DNA of 64,000 nt from Tubiluchus corallicola (GCA_030141605.1 JAQGDQ010000487.1:1-64000), one strand, 5' to 3'. Positions 24,492 through 36,947 are shown, counted from the stretch's first letter. Notes: generated by a model from the sequence alone, not told the origin. Numbers and translations are program-made.

Positions 24492-27400
24492 ATGAGTGAT
24501 ACAGCCTTACCTCATGTGTCAGGTATGGCTGTTATACTTGAGAAATCATTTGACGGATATTTTGCTAAAGTGCCATCACCTCCAGATGAACATCTGATAA
24601 CTAATATATTTGTTTCACCTGAAGACAGCAAAAATGAATTCCATAATCAATATCTTGCTGATTTGCAGTACATTAAAGAGGGATATAGAAGTGACATTAA
24701 TACGCTAGAAGAGAATATTGCCAGGGATCTTGCAGAAGCAATAGACAGTGAGGCGCGAATTGTTACTGCTACCAAATGTGCAGAATTAGCTAGAATATTA
24801 TCAGAACATAAACCATCACAATACACATCGAGTACAGATGAGAACTTGCTTAAAGAACACAATTTATTTATCACCAATGAATTTTGCAGCAAAGAATATT
24901 GTAAGCTTATTAAAATAAAAAAGAAAGATGCAAAGTCAAAGTATACTGTGGCTAGTTACATGCCGGATAGAAAGCAATCAAACAATGGTGTTTATAAAAG
25001 ACAACCATATACTAAAACTACTCGTTCTTTTCAAAACAATAATGTAACATCAGAGTGTGAAGTCACTGGTGCCAGCAACCAGGTAACAAAATTGACTAAT
25101 AAAAAGAACTGTAAATATATTCAAAGGAACTTGAAAGAAAAGGAAGAAAGTTGTTTACCCAGGCGAGGCAATAAGAAAGCCAAACAACCTAGTAGGTGTT
25201 ATGTGGAATTCTGCTCATCTCCAGCTTCTGTGACGTTTTTGGATTTTGATGTAGGCAAAATGTATAAAAAAGTGCTAGAAATAAAGAATGTAACTCATAC
25301 TTTAAAACAATGTCGCATTGTGCAGCCAAACAATAAGTGCTTCAGAGTAGGAGAGGGTAAATTTTTGGGTGACACTGGCTATCTAGCTCCTGGTATGTCA
25401 TGTTATTATCCAGTGCAATTTTCACCTTCGTCATTAGATGATTGTTGTGATATCATCCGCGTCATTAGCCAGTCTGGAAATGCAGTCTCCATACCAGTAG
25501 AAGCTAAAATTACAGTTCCTGACTTGGGTTTGCCTGAGGTGCTTGACTGTGGTGACTGTTTACTAGGGTGCTCCAAGGAAGTCTTCTTTACATTGACTCT
25601 TCATGGTGCCAGGAGGCAATTTAGTTTACGGACTTCTGTTGAGGACTTGACTAAGGTAGAAGACATGGAAGCTGTAATTAATATACCTCCATTTTTAATA
25701 CTTCCTTCAGAGCTTGAAATTGATGCTGACGGCTGTGCTGAAATATGTGTTACATTTACACCTGAACTAGATGAAAGAATTTCCAGAGACCTATTCATTA
25801 TCTGTAACAAAGGCACAGTGCAAAAGTTTATGATAGCAGGTCAAGGATGCAATGCCTCTGTTGAAGTCATTGAGCCATGTCCTTGCACAGAAGAGAACTT
25901 GCCACATCCAGGAGAATTTCTTGACCCTCGTGTTGCATCTATTCTAAGAATACCACCAGCAAATCCTGGGACAGTCACAAAGATAAATTTAAGCATCAAA
26001 AATCGAAACGACGTTCAGTATATGTTTGGATGGATATTTTCAGCACCTAATCGGAAACCAACACATCCAGCATCTTTGTGTGACATTCTTGAATCGGAGG
26101 AGATGGAAATTGAAAAACAAAAAGTGGAAGAAGAAGAAGAGAGTTCTCAGTTTGGCAATGCTTACTTTATTAATCCTTCTCAAGGAGAACTCAGAGGCAA
26201 TCAGATAAAGCAATTTGAGATAACATTTTCACCTTTCAAAGTAGGTAACTTTGACAGCCTTCTACAGCTTGCGCTAGTTCATAAATCTGTAGTACGCACA
26301 CCACTAACTTTGGAAATTAAGGCAAAGTGCATTGGGCGTAAATTAGTTTTGACGCCGCCTATACTCTTCATCCCAGGAGAAGTTTTAATTGAGACAATTT
26401 CCAAAATTAACATTTGTTTGTTAAATTTGAGTTTGAGTAAATCATACTTTAGTTTTGAGCCTTGCTACGGAGATAATATAGTTGAAGTAACTCCTGGTGA
26501 GGGAAGTATACGGGCTCACTGTGGAGCTAATTTGACTCTTAGCATTACTGGTACTAAAGCTGGTGAGTTTAGCACATTAGTAAAATGTTATGTTAAAGAT
26601 GTGCTTCATCCACTGGAACTGCAATTAATTGGCAGATTCTGTGCCCCCAAGCTTGTATTTGATCAGCTGTCCTTGAATTATGGGCTTGTTAGGCAAGGAA
26701 CAATAGCAACAAAAGAACTAGCATTTCACAATCCTACAGTTACAGAAACAATATGGACCTTAAGGGATACTGCATCAGAAGTAGATTCTCCATTTACTTT
26801 TGAGCCTGACTGTGGCATGTTGCCCCCATTTGCAAGCTGTAAAGTGAAAGCTCATCTCTTTGTGACAAAAACAACGACTTTAAAAGCTATTATTGAACTT
26901 TGTGTTTCAGGAGGTGAGTGCACATATATTTCTGCTATGGCTGATATACAGCAGTCCTCCGTATGCTTCTTGTCATGTCGTCTGAACGTTAACAATGCCC
27001 ATACAGGCGTGACAGGGATGTATACTGCTAAGATTCATAACAAATCTCCCTTAGTGTCAAGTTTTTGTTGGCATCCACCACAAGGTGTTGATGTAAATAA
27101 TGTAAAAGTTGTTGTAGATCCAACATGTGTGAGTGGTACACTACAACCAAAAGAAACAAAAGATATCCAAATTAAAGTAACTCCTGTTGCTGCAGGTGAA
27201 TTCAACAGATTGTATCTACCTTGTTTCATTGAAGATGATGTATGCCCACTTATTTTTGCTATATTTGTGAGATCACATTCATTAACTGCAAGCATTTCAT
27301 TTGGTGATGGTTTCACCAACCTCAGCAAATTGAAAGATGATTCTTTTATTATGGATTTTGGTGAAGTTGAATTGGGCAAAGTCACACAAAAGATTCTTTC

Positions 27401-29099
27401 TTTAAGGAACGATTCGCCAATTGAAACTCATTTTTCAGTAAAGGTTAAACATCTAGCAGCTGAATCAAGAATCGTAGATGACAGTTTACATCATGCTCAA
27501 GAAGCAAATTGCATTTTAAAGAAAAAGGAGATGCTAAGTCCAACGTTTTTGCCTTCTGTTTCTGTTTCTGATGCTGGGTGTGCTTTTCATGTTCTTCCTT
27601 CTTATGGACCTCTTAAGAGATACGAACTTGTCAAAATTGTGATTGAACTACATAGCACGGTGTGGGGTTCTTATAGTGACATGCTCTTAATACAAGTAGG
27701 TGAACTGCATTTGGTAAAAATTGCTGTTTATGCTACTGTTATTGGGAATCCCTTGTACTTTCAAATGACTGGACCATCAAAACCAACAACACTCCACTTT
27801 GGTGAATATGTTTGTGGTGGTGAGACTGTTGAGCGTCATCTTACTGTAAAAAATCCAAGTCCTATTGACATTCAACTTGATTGGCGGTGTTTTTTAAAAC
27901 ATGATGATGATGAAAAAATATTAGATGTTTTAATATATGTAGACACGCCTTTTCCAAGGAAAGACCATTTGTACAGCGATGAATATGATAAAGCACAAGA
28001 AAAGTTTGATAAACTGGTTGTATTGCATGTTCAAAAACATGAAGGATACAAGACAGATGAGAGTTTTTATGTGCAACCTGAACAAATGATAGTTCCAGCA
28101 AATGATGGTGTAAAGGTTATTTTCAGTTTCAATCCAACTGAAATGGCAAAGGAGCAATTTTGTATTGGCTATGCTTTAGGCTACATTACACCTAGCAATA
28201 CAAAGTTGCTGCCAGGTGTGAAATGCCGTGAAAGTGGATATGATGTAAACCCCTTAAGGATAGAGTTGGTTGCTTCTGTAAAGTCACCACTTCTTCACCT
28301 AGATGTTTCCAGTGAAGAAGGACTTAAATTTACTCTTACAGCAGGAGACCTGTTTGATGTCGACGAGGATTTCAAACCAATTTTTCTTCCATCTGTAGAA
28401 TGTGGTGACTGTTTTACAGCCAAAAATAACTCTAATACACAACTAAAATTCAAGATTGAGCTTTCACCTCCATTTGTCCTTACCTCAGTTTCACCCATTG
28501 ATGCTAAAGCAAAAGATGGTGTGATAACTGTGAAACCAAAGAACTCTATTCAAATGAACGTTAGTTTTGTGTTGAAATTGGAGATGTTACAGTCCCATGT
28601 AAAACAGGACAAAAAAGCTAGTTTTGATGAACATAAAATGTATTTTCAAAGTGATTTTACGATACAACATTTTAAAAGCAGTTGCCAATCTTTTCCCCTT
28701 TCTGCAGTTATTAGCCTTCCAAACTTTAGTGTGTCTCACCAAATTCTTGACTTTGGTGTATGTGTTGTTGGCTTCAGAAGGGAACTCCATCTGAAACTGA
28801 CAATGCACGATCATTGCAAAGTTTATTGGACAGTTGAGAAAAGCAGTGACTCTGAAGAAGGAATGATAGCATTTGACATTTCAGCTATTAGTGGTCTCCT
28901 CACAACAACAATTCTAAAATCTGATACGAGTAGTGCTAGGCTCAGCATATATTTTACAGCTAAACATCCGAAAAAATATACGGCTGTATTCACATTTCGG
29001 TCATTATTTTGCAATCACGTAAAACTTCTTAGAGTTGTTGGAAGAGGTTCATATAATGAAATTAATGAGGCAGTGCTTGATGAAAAGCTTTTATCTTGA
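24492..29099 (+). CDS. DLEC1: DLEC1 / CFAP81 cilia- and flagella-associated protein (multiple ASH/Ig-like domains), intronless CDS
   Basis: 1535-aa ORF. FLDFDVGKMY..LEIKN..GYLAPGMSCYYPVQFSP and the C-terminal FTA..Y...GRGSYNE resemble DLEC1 as I recall it; repeated ASH-type motifs (P..G.L, DFG). Confidence 0.88.
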   Translation: MSDTALPHVSGMAVILEKSFDGYFAKVPSPPDEHLITNIFVSPEDSKNEFHNQYLADLQYIKEGYRSDINTLEENIARDLAEAIDSEARIVTATKCAELARILSEHKPSQYTSSTDENLLKEHNLFITNEFCSKEYCKLIKIKKKDAKSKYTVASYMPDRKQSNNGVYKRQPYTKTTRSFQNNNVTSECEVTGASNQVTKLTNKKNCKYIQRNLKEKEESCLPRRGNKKAKQPSRCYVEFCSSPASVTFLDFDVGKMYKKVLEIKNVTHTLKQCRIVQPNNKCFRVGEGKFLGDTGYLAPGMSCYYPVQFSPSSLDDCCDIIRVISQSGNAVSIPVEAKITVPDLGLPEVLDCGDCLLGCSKEVFFTLTLHGARRQFSLRTSVEDLTKVEDMEAVINIPPFLILPSELEIDADGCAEICVTFTPELDERISRDLFIICNKGTVQKFMIAGQGCNASVEVIEPCPCTEENLPHPGEFLDPRVASILRIPPANPGTVTKINLSIKNRNDVQYMFGWIFSAPNRKPTHPASLCDILESEEMEIEKQKVEEEEESSQFGNAYFINPSQGELRGNQIKQFEITFSPFKVGNFDSLLQLALVHKSVVRTPLTLEIKAKCIGRKLVLTPPILFIPGEVLIETISKINICLLNLSLSKSYFSFEPCYGDNIVEVTPGEGSIRAHCGANLTLSITGTKAGEFSTLVKCYVKDVLHPLELQLIGRFCAPKLVFDQLSLNYGLVRQGTIATKELAFHNPTVTETIWTLRDTASEVDSPFTFEPDCGMLPPFASCKVKAHLFVTKTTTLKAIIELCVSGGECTYISAMADIQQSSVCFLSCRLNVNNAHTGVTGMYTAKIHNKSPLVSSFCWHPPQGVDVNNVKVVVDPTCVSGTLQPKETKDIQIKVTPVAAGEFNRLYLPCFIEDDVCPLIFAIFVRSHSLTASISFGDGFTNLSKLKDDSFIMDFGEVELGKVTQKILSLRNDSPIETHFSVKVKHLAAESRIVDDSLHHAQEANCILKKKEMLSPTFLPSVSVSDAGCAFHVLPSYGPLKRYELVKIVIELHSTVWGSYSDMLLIQVGELHLVKIAVYATVIGNPLYFQMTGPSKPTTLHFGEYVCGGETVERHLTVKNPSPIDIQLDWRCFLKHDDDEKILDVLIYVDTPFPRKDHLYSDEYDKAQEKFDKLVVLHVQKHEGYKTDESFYVQPEQMIVPANDGVKVIFSFNPTEMAKEQFCIGYALGYITPSNTKLLPGVKCRESGYDVNPLRIELVASVKSPLLHLDVSSEEGLKFTLTAGDLFDVDEDFKPIFLPSVECGDCFTAKNNSNTQLKFKIELSPPFVLTSVSPIDAKAKDGVITVKPKNSIQMNVSFVLKLEMLQSHVKQDKKASFDEHKMYFQSDFTIQHFKSSCQSFPLSAVISLPNFSVSHQILDFGVCVVGFRRELHLKLTMHDHCKVYWTVEKSSDSEEGMIAFDISAISGLLTTTILKSDTSSARLSIYFTAKHPKKYTAVFTFRSLFCNHVKLLRVVGRGSYNEINEAVLDEKLLS

Positions 29100-30704
29100 A
29101 TGTTGCTTGCAAATATGGACATATTTTATTATAAAATTGTTCGTTGATGTAAAATTGAACACTTGAGTTTTAAACATTGTGTAAATTCCCTAACAATTTT
29201 TCCTGCTTGTAGCCCATTAATTGCTGTTTACGAATTTTATAAATTATCTACATCTCTTACTGATATCCTCATAATATTTTTTCTTACTTTGGAAACGATA
29301 TTTTAAATTATTTTTTTAATTATTGTTCTTTTCGTTTTTTGAACAGTTGTGTTACGTGCTCTGTTATGCAAACAGTATCTGCAATGTGTTAAAAAGTGCC
29401 TCAAAAAACTAGTTACATGCGTACAAGCATTTAACAGTGTCCCTACTGTTTCTTAAGTTGTTTATATTTTCTATTGAAATTATTTAATTTAGTGCTTGCA
29501 GTTTATAGGTTATGATACTTCTAATTGTATGGCTGCATGTATATAACCTGTATTAATAGTATTGCATGGCAAAAGATATAGTCTTTTGTATAATGTGCCA
29601 ATGTTGAAATGTTGAAAAGGTATAATTCATAATATTAATTATTTGTATTCATAATTCTTTCCAGCTCTGTCAGAACATTTGTTTTTCGTTCCATATAATG
29701 ATGACATTTCTGAGCTACACAGTACAGTCTTGGGTATTTGTACTACTGTATGAAATTTTGTGTGTAGTTGCCATTTCTGAGTTTTATCATAAGCACTACA
29801 TCATAATATAATGTAAATACTTAAATAGAAGCATGTCTTGTAATTGAATCTGTGGATCTGTAGTAATAATTAACAAATTTGAATAAATTTCTATGTGTTT
29901 TATTAGTTGTCACTTGTGATTTAAAAGTTTGTTTACCTTACGGAACAAATTAATTTAAAAAAAAGTTATTATATTTATCTATGACTTGCTTTTGCTTGTC
30001 GCATGTGAAAAACTTGATAAGATTTCTGCTATTATGATCACTGAAATTTGGCACGAAGTTTTTCTTGATTAGCACTAGATATAAGTTAACTGAGCTTTAA
30101 TAAGTAATTATGCCAATAATTGCACATGTCTGAACTGCGCACTGTACAGTCCTTCTAAAGAAAACTTAAAATGAACAACAAAAGCAATGGATTTAGAAAA
30201 GGCTTTTTGTGAACTACACTGACACCAGTGATATTATTATTATATTAGGCCACTACTTATTCGGAGTATGAAGGAAACTGGGCATTGGAATGAGATATTA
30301 GCTTATTATATTACCAGCCTGTTACGTGAGTAACCTTATTTTGCATGTAGACTAGGCCTTCGCTTAAATACTTCCCGTTTTTGCGGCGTTTCATTTAAGG
30401 ACGTTAAACATTTGACACCTCGTGTTTCATTTAACGACGAACATTTTGTTTTAATGACGATTTTTTTACTTTACTGACAGTTATTTCTTTTATGAACAAC
30501 TTTAGCTGTAGTGAAGGATTAAAATAGTACATATTGCTTTATTCTGTTCTAAAAACGTATTGTATATAGTAATGTAAAACATTATGCTTATGCTTCCCGA
30601 CAGAGTACTAAATTAGTAATAGTAAGTGCTAGCCCTCTTGTGTCAAGTGAGATCTATTTGCAACTGGGTGCAAACTTTAGGTGAAGGAATTTTGTCTGCA
30701 ACTT

Positions 30705-30718
30705 GTTGCTATAGCAAC
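30705..30718. promoter_or_regulatory. perfect palindromic RFX X-box
   Basis: gttgctatagcaac fits the GTTRCYATRGYAAC consensus; no coding gene starts nearby. Confidence 0.55.
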
Positions 30719-30776
30719 CGGACCTAATATTCGGACGAAATTGTCCCAAGGCTTGGATTCCACTTTGCAGTATTTA

Positions 30777-30836
30777 ACCACTACCTGGCTAGGGTTTCAA
30801 CGTTAACGAAAGAGAAACCACTAGCTAGGTATTGGT
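30777..30836 (+). ncRNA. candidate pre-miRNA-like hairpin
   Basis: accactacctggctagggtttc / 15-nt loop / gaaaccactagctaggtattggt: 21 pairs including one G-U, plus one mismatch and one bulge. I do not recognise the family. Confidence 0.3.
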
Positions 30837-30955
30837 AAGAAAGATAGGTAGTTTGAAGGTTAGGTAGAAAGAAATTAATCAGTGGAAATATTAATAAAAT
30901 TAATATTATAATATTTGTTGAAATATCAATCAGTTCAAATTAATATGTACAATTT

Positions 30956-32430
30956 TTGAATGAAAATTACATTTTTCTCAATGATAGCCTGAGAAAGTTG
31001 GAACCTATCATACCACACTATGGGCTTTTGCAGGGAAACTTCCTGAGCCCTTTACTGTTCATAATGTTTATTGCACATCTGACTCAATTCAGAATTAGAA
31101 ACTCTCGACCTAGCAGCTCTTTCATTATTATATACTGATGATTTGGTGTTGATGATATATATATGCCACTTCCCATATGGCTTTGCAGGCTGCAATCAGT
31201 GCCCTTGAAAAGTGGGTCTACTCAAATAAAATGTCAGTCAATAAACATAAATCTAAAATAATGGAATTCAGAAATAGTGACCGACTTTCACAGAAAAATA
31301 TTTTTACTTATCAAGGTAAACAGTTAAAAATTATATCATCCTTTAATTATCTAAGCATAACTTTGCAACCCTTTCTTGTCACTACATTGCATTGGGAAAG
31401 AATTGCCATAAAATGTGTAACAGTGACACACACCCTCAAATGCCTGCATTTGCTATCTGTGGAAACTGCATCATGTCTGTTCAACATTAAAGTATTACCT
31501 TTTGTAATTTATGGCATTGAGAGTCTTTGGGATGACATGCCATCTGCAATTTTTTTGAAATTTGACTCCATAAAAGGAAGGTTTTTGAAATGGGTTTTGG
31601 ACCTATCTGTAAATATGTCAAATACAAAAACTTTCTTGCTGTGTAATACAGAAAGGCTCTGCATTGAAATTTATAAATACTTTAAAGTATCCCAGACTCA
31701 AGAATTCTGCAAATATTTAGAAAAGGTCGAAGATAAGGTAGACTCAATAGAGTTTCTATAATACGCCGGCAATAACTCTAAATGAATGGAAAAAACCCAG
31801 GTTGCAGAACCAAAAAGCCGTGCAATTCATGGGTTCCACTATAAAATCTGCTTAAGAAAGTGCTTTGACCGACAACAAACTTGTATATATATATATATAT
31901 ATAAGCTTTCTAACTCAATAGGTGGTAGACACCATCTCTTGACATGTTTAGCGAATACTATCTTTCCATACCTGTGAACACATGCCTAATTAATTCAATG
32001 ACAATTATTATTCTCGCCAATTGAGTTAAACATTCTCTTTTAATGTATGCAGGGCCTATTTCAGCTTAAGCGAGGCCCAGGGAAGTGGGGCGTGTGAGGC
32101 TTCCTCGGGGGGAAGGGCGAAGCGCCGGGGGGGCCGTCGCCACTATGGTTGGTGTCCAGAAAATTTTTGAACTGCTAGAATGCCGGAGAACCATTTTTGA
32201 AGAGAAAATATGGAGTTATACGGTTTGTTCGCATAAAGCAAAAAAATAATGTTACCTCAGCGCGAGGCCCCCCTGGAGGATGAGGCCCAGGGGAAGTATC
32301 CCCACTTCCCCCCCTTGAAATAGGCCCTGAATGTATGCATACGAGTTAAACTATTTTAGAGTAACTTTGTAGTTTTATGTGTGTGTTTTAAATTATCAAA
32401 CCTGATGCAATAAAATAAATGTAAATAAAA
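30956..32430 (+). mobile_element. 5'-truncated, frameshifted LINE (RT domain to 3' tail; RTE-X/L2-like)
   Basis: GLLQGNFLSPLLF (QG motif), YTDD, NKMSVNKHKSKIM..FNYL; Cys/His-rich end; aataaaataaa tail near 32408..32430. Interrupted by a hAT MITE. Confidence 0.85.
32050..32329. mobile_element. hAT-family MITE
   Basis: TIR cagggcctatttca/tgaaataggccctg; 8-bp TSD aatgtatg at 32042..32049 and 32330..32337; internal gaggccc repeats. Confidence 0.92.
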
Positions 32431-34137
32431 TGTTTAATTTATATGATTTAAGCAGCATTAATTTTTGCTTTTGGAATGTATCTTATTTCTTTTGTATTAC
32501 TTTCTATGGAAGTCTTGGCTTCGTTTAATTACATTTTGCTTAATGTTACGTTTTGTCGGAATGCACTAGGCGAGGACTTACTGTATATAAGGGTACTTGT
32601 TCGGTTTTGAAGTGTTTAATAAGTGGTAAATAATAATGAGTAAATACATAAGTCAACTAACTTATGCTGGTTCAGTGGTTGTCTCTGTTATTATCCAAAA
32701 ATGTGATGTTTTTGATTAATTAGATTTTAAATGAGATTAGATGATTATTATTAAATTTATCTCCGTTAAGTGAATGTTAATTTGTGACAGAATTCTACAG
32801 ATTACTACATTAGTAAATTACTTAGGACATACTTTAAATATCTAGGACTCTAACCACCATTGCAACCCACTCAATATATAAACAATGGTCTTTGAAGACA
32901 GTATCCTTTCACAAACACATTTAGACACCTACTTTCTGTCCAACCTAAAGACAATGGGGTCATTAGGTTAACAAATAACAATGCAATTAAAAATGCTTAG
33001 CTATGAATCAACCTTGTGAAATGTATCTCATTTAGTACCATTTTAACACTATATATATATAGTGATGTTTTGTTTTTGAGCATCTTTATCAGTCAATGAT
33101 TATGCCAATTCTGTCAATTGTGCTTGTTCAGTATTCCTTCTTTTTATTACATTTATGTCAGAGAAAACTTAGAAGCATGTAGCCTATGTTTGTAACAAAG
33201 CAGTGAAGGGCTGACAAACATCTAAAGTGCTATATGACTGTGGGTTTGACTACCTTCATAAAAGAACATTATTTTAGGAACAGTTAGCAACATTTTATAA
33301 AAATGATCTGTTGTCTTCAATTAACAGAGATTGATCAGAGAAATCTGTATCTTTTCATGTGGCTGAGCATTTTTATAAACCTATTTTCCCTGCTATTGTG
33401 GTTGCTTTATCTCCTGCATGGAAGTATTCTCTACCTTAAATATTATGGTTGCCCTATGAAAACTGAAAAGCCTCTATTGTTATTGTTATTCTATTATGGT
33501 TGTGGGGTACCAGTCAGTCAGTTGAGCCGCAAGTTGGCCATGCAGGCATGTGGGGTAACCATTTAACCTTCCATCTAGTGCCATAGTAGTAAGATATTCT
33601 GATGGCTCTCTAAGTTACATTTATGTGACTTATGATTGCAAACTAACACTGAACATAACTGCTGTCATTTATTAATATATGGAAGTTTTGTTGATCTATG
33701 ACATCCACAGAAAAGTTCATTTTCACTAAAATAAAGCCATGGTCTCTAAAAGGTTTCGGGCAGCCGTCCCAGTGCTGAAGAATTGTTTTTCAGAGATTGC
33801 AAATGCTAAAATGCCATGACTCATTTGTGTCATTAGGCTGTTGAGACTATCTAAACCTCTAAGATATGAACCAGTGGTTAAACTTAGTAGTACAATGCAA
33901 TCATAAAGCATGGATTTACAAACAATAAATGTCAACATTTTATATATGTACATACTCTGCTGTTTATTGGTCGTTGTACTCGTTAATTAGAGTTCTGGAT
34001 GCTGAAGTGGGAGGTGAGGGGCATAGCTGGGGGCAAAGTTAAGTATCATTGGCATGGTTAGTAAGTGAATGGGTGACTGCCAAAAAATTACATTGGGTTG
34101 TTTCAGCTGATATTTTATCCTATATACAGCTTAATTA

Positions 34138-34620
34138 CCGTATTTTCCCATGTATAAGAGACCCTTGTGTATAAGAGACCCCTTCAATTTTTAGGCAAAA
34201 ATTCTGGAAAAAAGTTTTTTGGTAATGAATAACTTTATTCATCATAGAAATCATTAAATTCCTCATCACTCTCATCAAAAATATCAACTGGAGTCAGACC
34301 TTCAGCAATTCCAGCCAGTTCATCATCAGAGGAGTCACTCTGCTCAAAAATGGCATTGTCCTCTTTTGACATTTAAAAAAATAATAACTTACCCGGTACA
34401 TTAATTTTATCATTAGAATTTAGCCATGGAGAAGATTTATTGAAAGGAAACTATAATTATTCGAAATAAAACAGTTGTAGAGCACTTATTTCTTTAAAAT
34501 CATTAGTGTCACAATTTATGCATCTTATTGAAAAGACTTACTCCCATGTATAAGAGGCCCCCTATTTTTAAAGTGAAAATTCTGAGCAAAAAAGGGTCTC
34601 TTATACACGGGAAAATACGG
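34138..34620 (-). mobile_element. pogo/Tigger-type (Tc1/mariner superfamily) deletion derivative
   Basis: TA TSD; TIR ccgtattttccc(a/g)tgtataagagaccc; the minus strand keeps an acidic transposase-like C-terminus EDNAIFEQSDSSDDE...DESDEEFNDFYDE*. Confidence 0.88.
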
Positions 34621-35129
34621 TATAACAAAATTAACTAAAAATGACTAAATTGTAATTACTGCTATCATGATATGATCATGTTATTTCAGATAGGTGTATA
34701 GCCAATTTGCAGTCATTTGTACTTGCTGAATTGGCTTACTCTGATGAATTTTTGCAATTCATGATCTAGAATAGAGCTATTTAGCTCATAACACAGAAAT
34801 TGCATATTACTGCATCTGAAAAAAATTCAGTTATTAATTCACAGATTTATTCATTCACACTTTTTAAATTTTTAACTTCTTATGATTTCAAATAACTTTA
34901 AAAGCATTTGTCCAAGTTACATATCTATTTTAGTTTCATTCTTAATTAATTAACTAACAATTTTTTGAGAATGTCTACCCATGAAATTTATATAAGTGAT
35001 ATTTTCACTCTGAAAGGCTTCGTAATTAAGCAATTAATAATGTAATCATTTAAGCAATTGAGTTTGTAGCTATTACTACTGCATATGTGACTGTAACATT
35101 TTCTTCAAATAGAAATAGTGTTTAAACTA

Positions 35130-36010
35130 AAAGTGTTTGCCCAATTGAGTTGAAATTTCGTGTGGCTAATTAGCTAGGATGTTGTTGCTTCAAAACCAGA
35201 AACTTGTAGCAATTCACTAATTGGTCAATTATTTAAAGCTGTTTAAGTAATTTTTAATTTTGGATGGTCTAGTTGAGTTCAAATTTGTTAAAGTGACTAC
35301 CTAGGATGCATGTGGTTCAAAACAGAAAAAAATTGTAGCTTTAAGCTAATTTCGTTAATTAGTTAATTAAGTAGAGTTGCGTAATTAGCTTATTTTCAAT
35401 TGCTCTAAGTTACATGCTCCCATGATCCAAATGACTAAACGTTTGGTAGGGTAGTTAGACTAGATGTCCTTGGTTCAAATTGAAAATTTTTTAGCAGTTC
35501 GTTAATCGGTTAACTAATTAGAGCTGTTTAATTGATTAATTTTAAATAGATTAGAATTGCATTTTCCCATGATCTAATCGAGTTAAAATTTCGTAGAATG
35601 ATTCGCTAGCCAATTGTTAAATATTCAGTGAATTAGAGTTGTTTAATTACCTCGTTTTAATTTGATCATTCCCATTATCCAACTGAGTTGAATCTTGGAT
35701 TGTTGATTGGCTACGGTGTCCGTGATTCAAAACGAAATTTTTTTAGCAATTCACTAATCAGTTAATTAACTAGATCTGTTTTGTTAATTAATTTTAATTT
35801 GATTTAAATTGCATGTTCCTGAGGCCTAATCAAGTTGAAATTTGATGGAATCATTAGTAGTTAGAGTGCATTTCCGTGAAAACAAAAAAATTGTAGTAAT
35901 TTGCTGATTAGTTAATTAACTGGAACTGTTTAATTAACTAATTTTAGATTGATTTAAATTGCATGTTCTCCTAATCCAGTCGAGCTGAAATTTGGTAGGA
36001 TAATTACTTA
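35130..36010. repeat. degenerate tandem array, about 7 units of roughly 105-160 bp
   Basis: Recurrent core c(c/t)aNtNgagttgaaattt at about 35141, 35269, 35428, 35574, 35680, 35826 and 35976. Confidence 0.65.
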
Positions 36011-36839
36011 CAAATTTGTTAGTGAATACAAAGCTTAAGTTCCTTCCAACATAGATAATATGTTTAAAACAGTTCATTTTTTGGTAATCTGTAAATAAGG
36101 GGTCACCCGTGAAAAAGCTCCAAGAGCACCAAACATGAAAAAGGGTCCCTGGATGCATGGGGTTATTAGTTTGTCTGGGCTAATACATTATTTGATGGTG
36201 GTATTTCAGTAAAAGTTTAACACAATTTTATTTATCTTTTTTATAGGCCTACTTTAAGTATATAATTATTTCGTTTTTATTTATTTACATACGTAACCGA
36301 CTTTCTTTGTGGTAAACAGTTGTGTAGAAGATTTGTTATTTTTGCCGGCCTAATTTAAGTGGGCTAAATAGACAACACGTCCGAATGTGGATGCTTTTTT
36401 GATTTTTGAGAAATACGTGCACGTGTGCGCGTGTTTTCGTCGAAAGCGGCAGAGGCTGCTTGCTTACAGCGTACAAGATAAAAAGTTAAGAAAATCGTTA
36501 TGAAAGATTTGCTGTGCCTGCGGAACTGCTCCTAAGTTTTAGAAGGGAAATTTTGTGGATGTCCTTAAGTTACACGACTATGCCGTAGTTAATATCATGA
36601 AGAACAAATTAAAGAAAAAAAGCTGTTTCAATAGCATTTATATGGTACAACTATAAAGACGTTTTGACAACGTTCATCAGACTGATGGAACACAAATATG
36701 ATGAGTTCGTCTAAAAGATGTTTTAAATGAATTAAAGATGTTTTGTTGCGTGAATTCATAAAGTGATTTAAAGTTTTTCGTGTGAGAAAATTTCTTTGTC
36801 GAATTCGAATAATGACAGTGAGTGATTTTAAAGGTGTTC

Positions 36840-36860
36840 TTCTTTCTCTGTCTGCCGTCT

Positions 36861-36894
<34 letters not shown>

Positions 36895-36905
36895 CCTCCC
36901 TCCCT

Positions 36906-36947
<42 letters not shown>

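Noticed and set aside
24647-29014. Multiple short ORFs overlapping DLEC1
   Set aside because: They are antisense or alternate-frame by-products of the long CDS with no recognisable domains.
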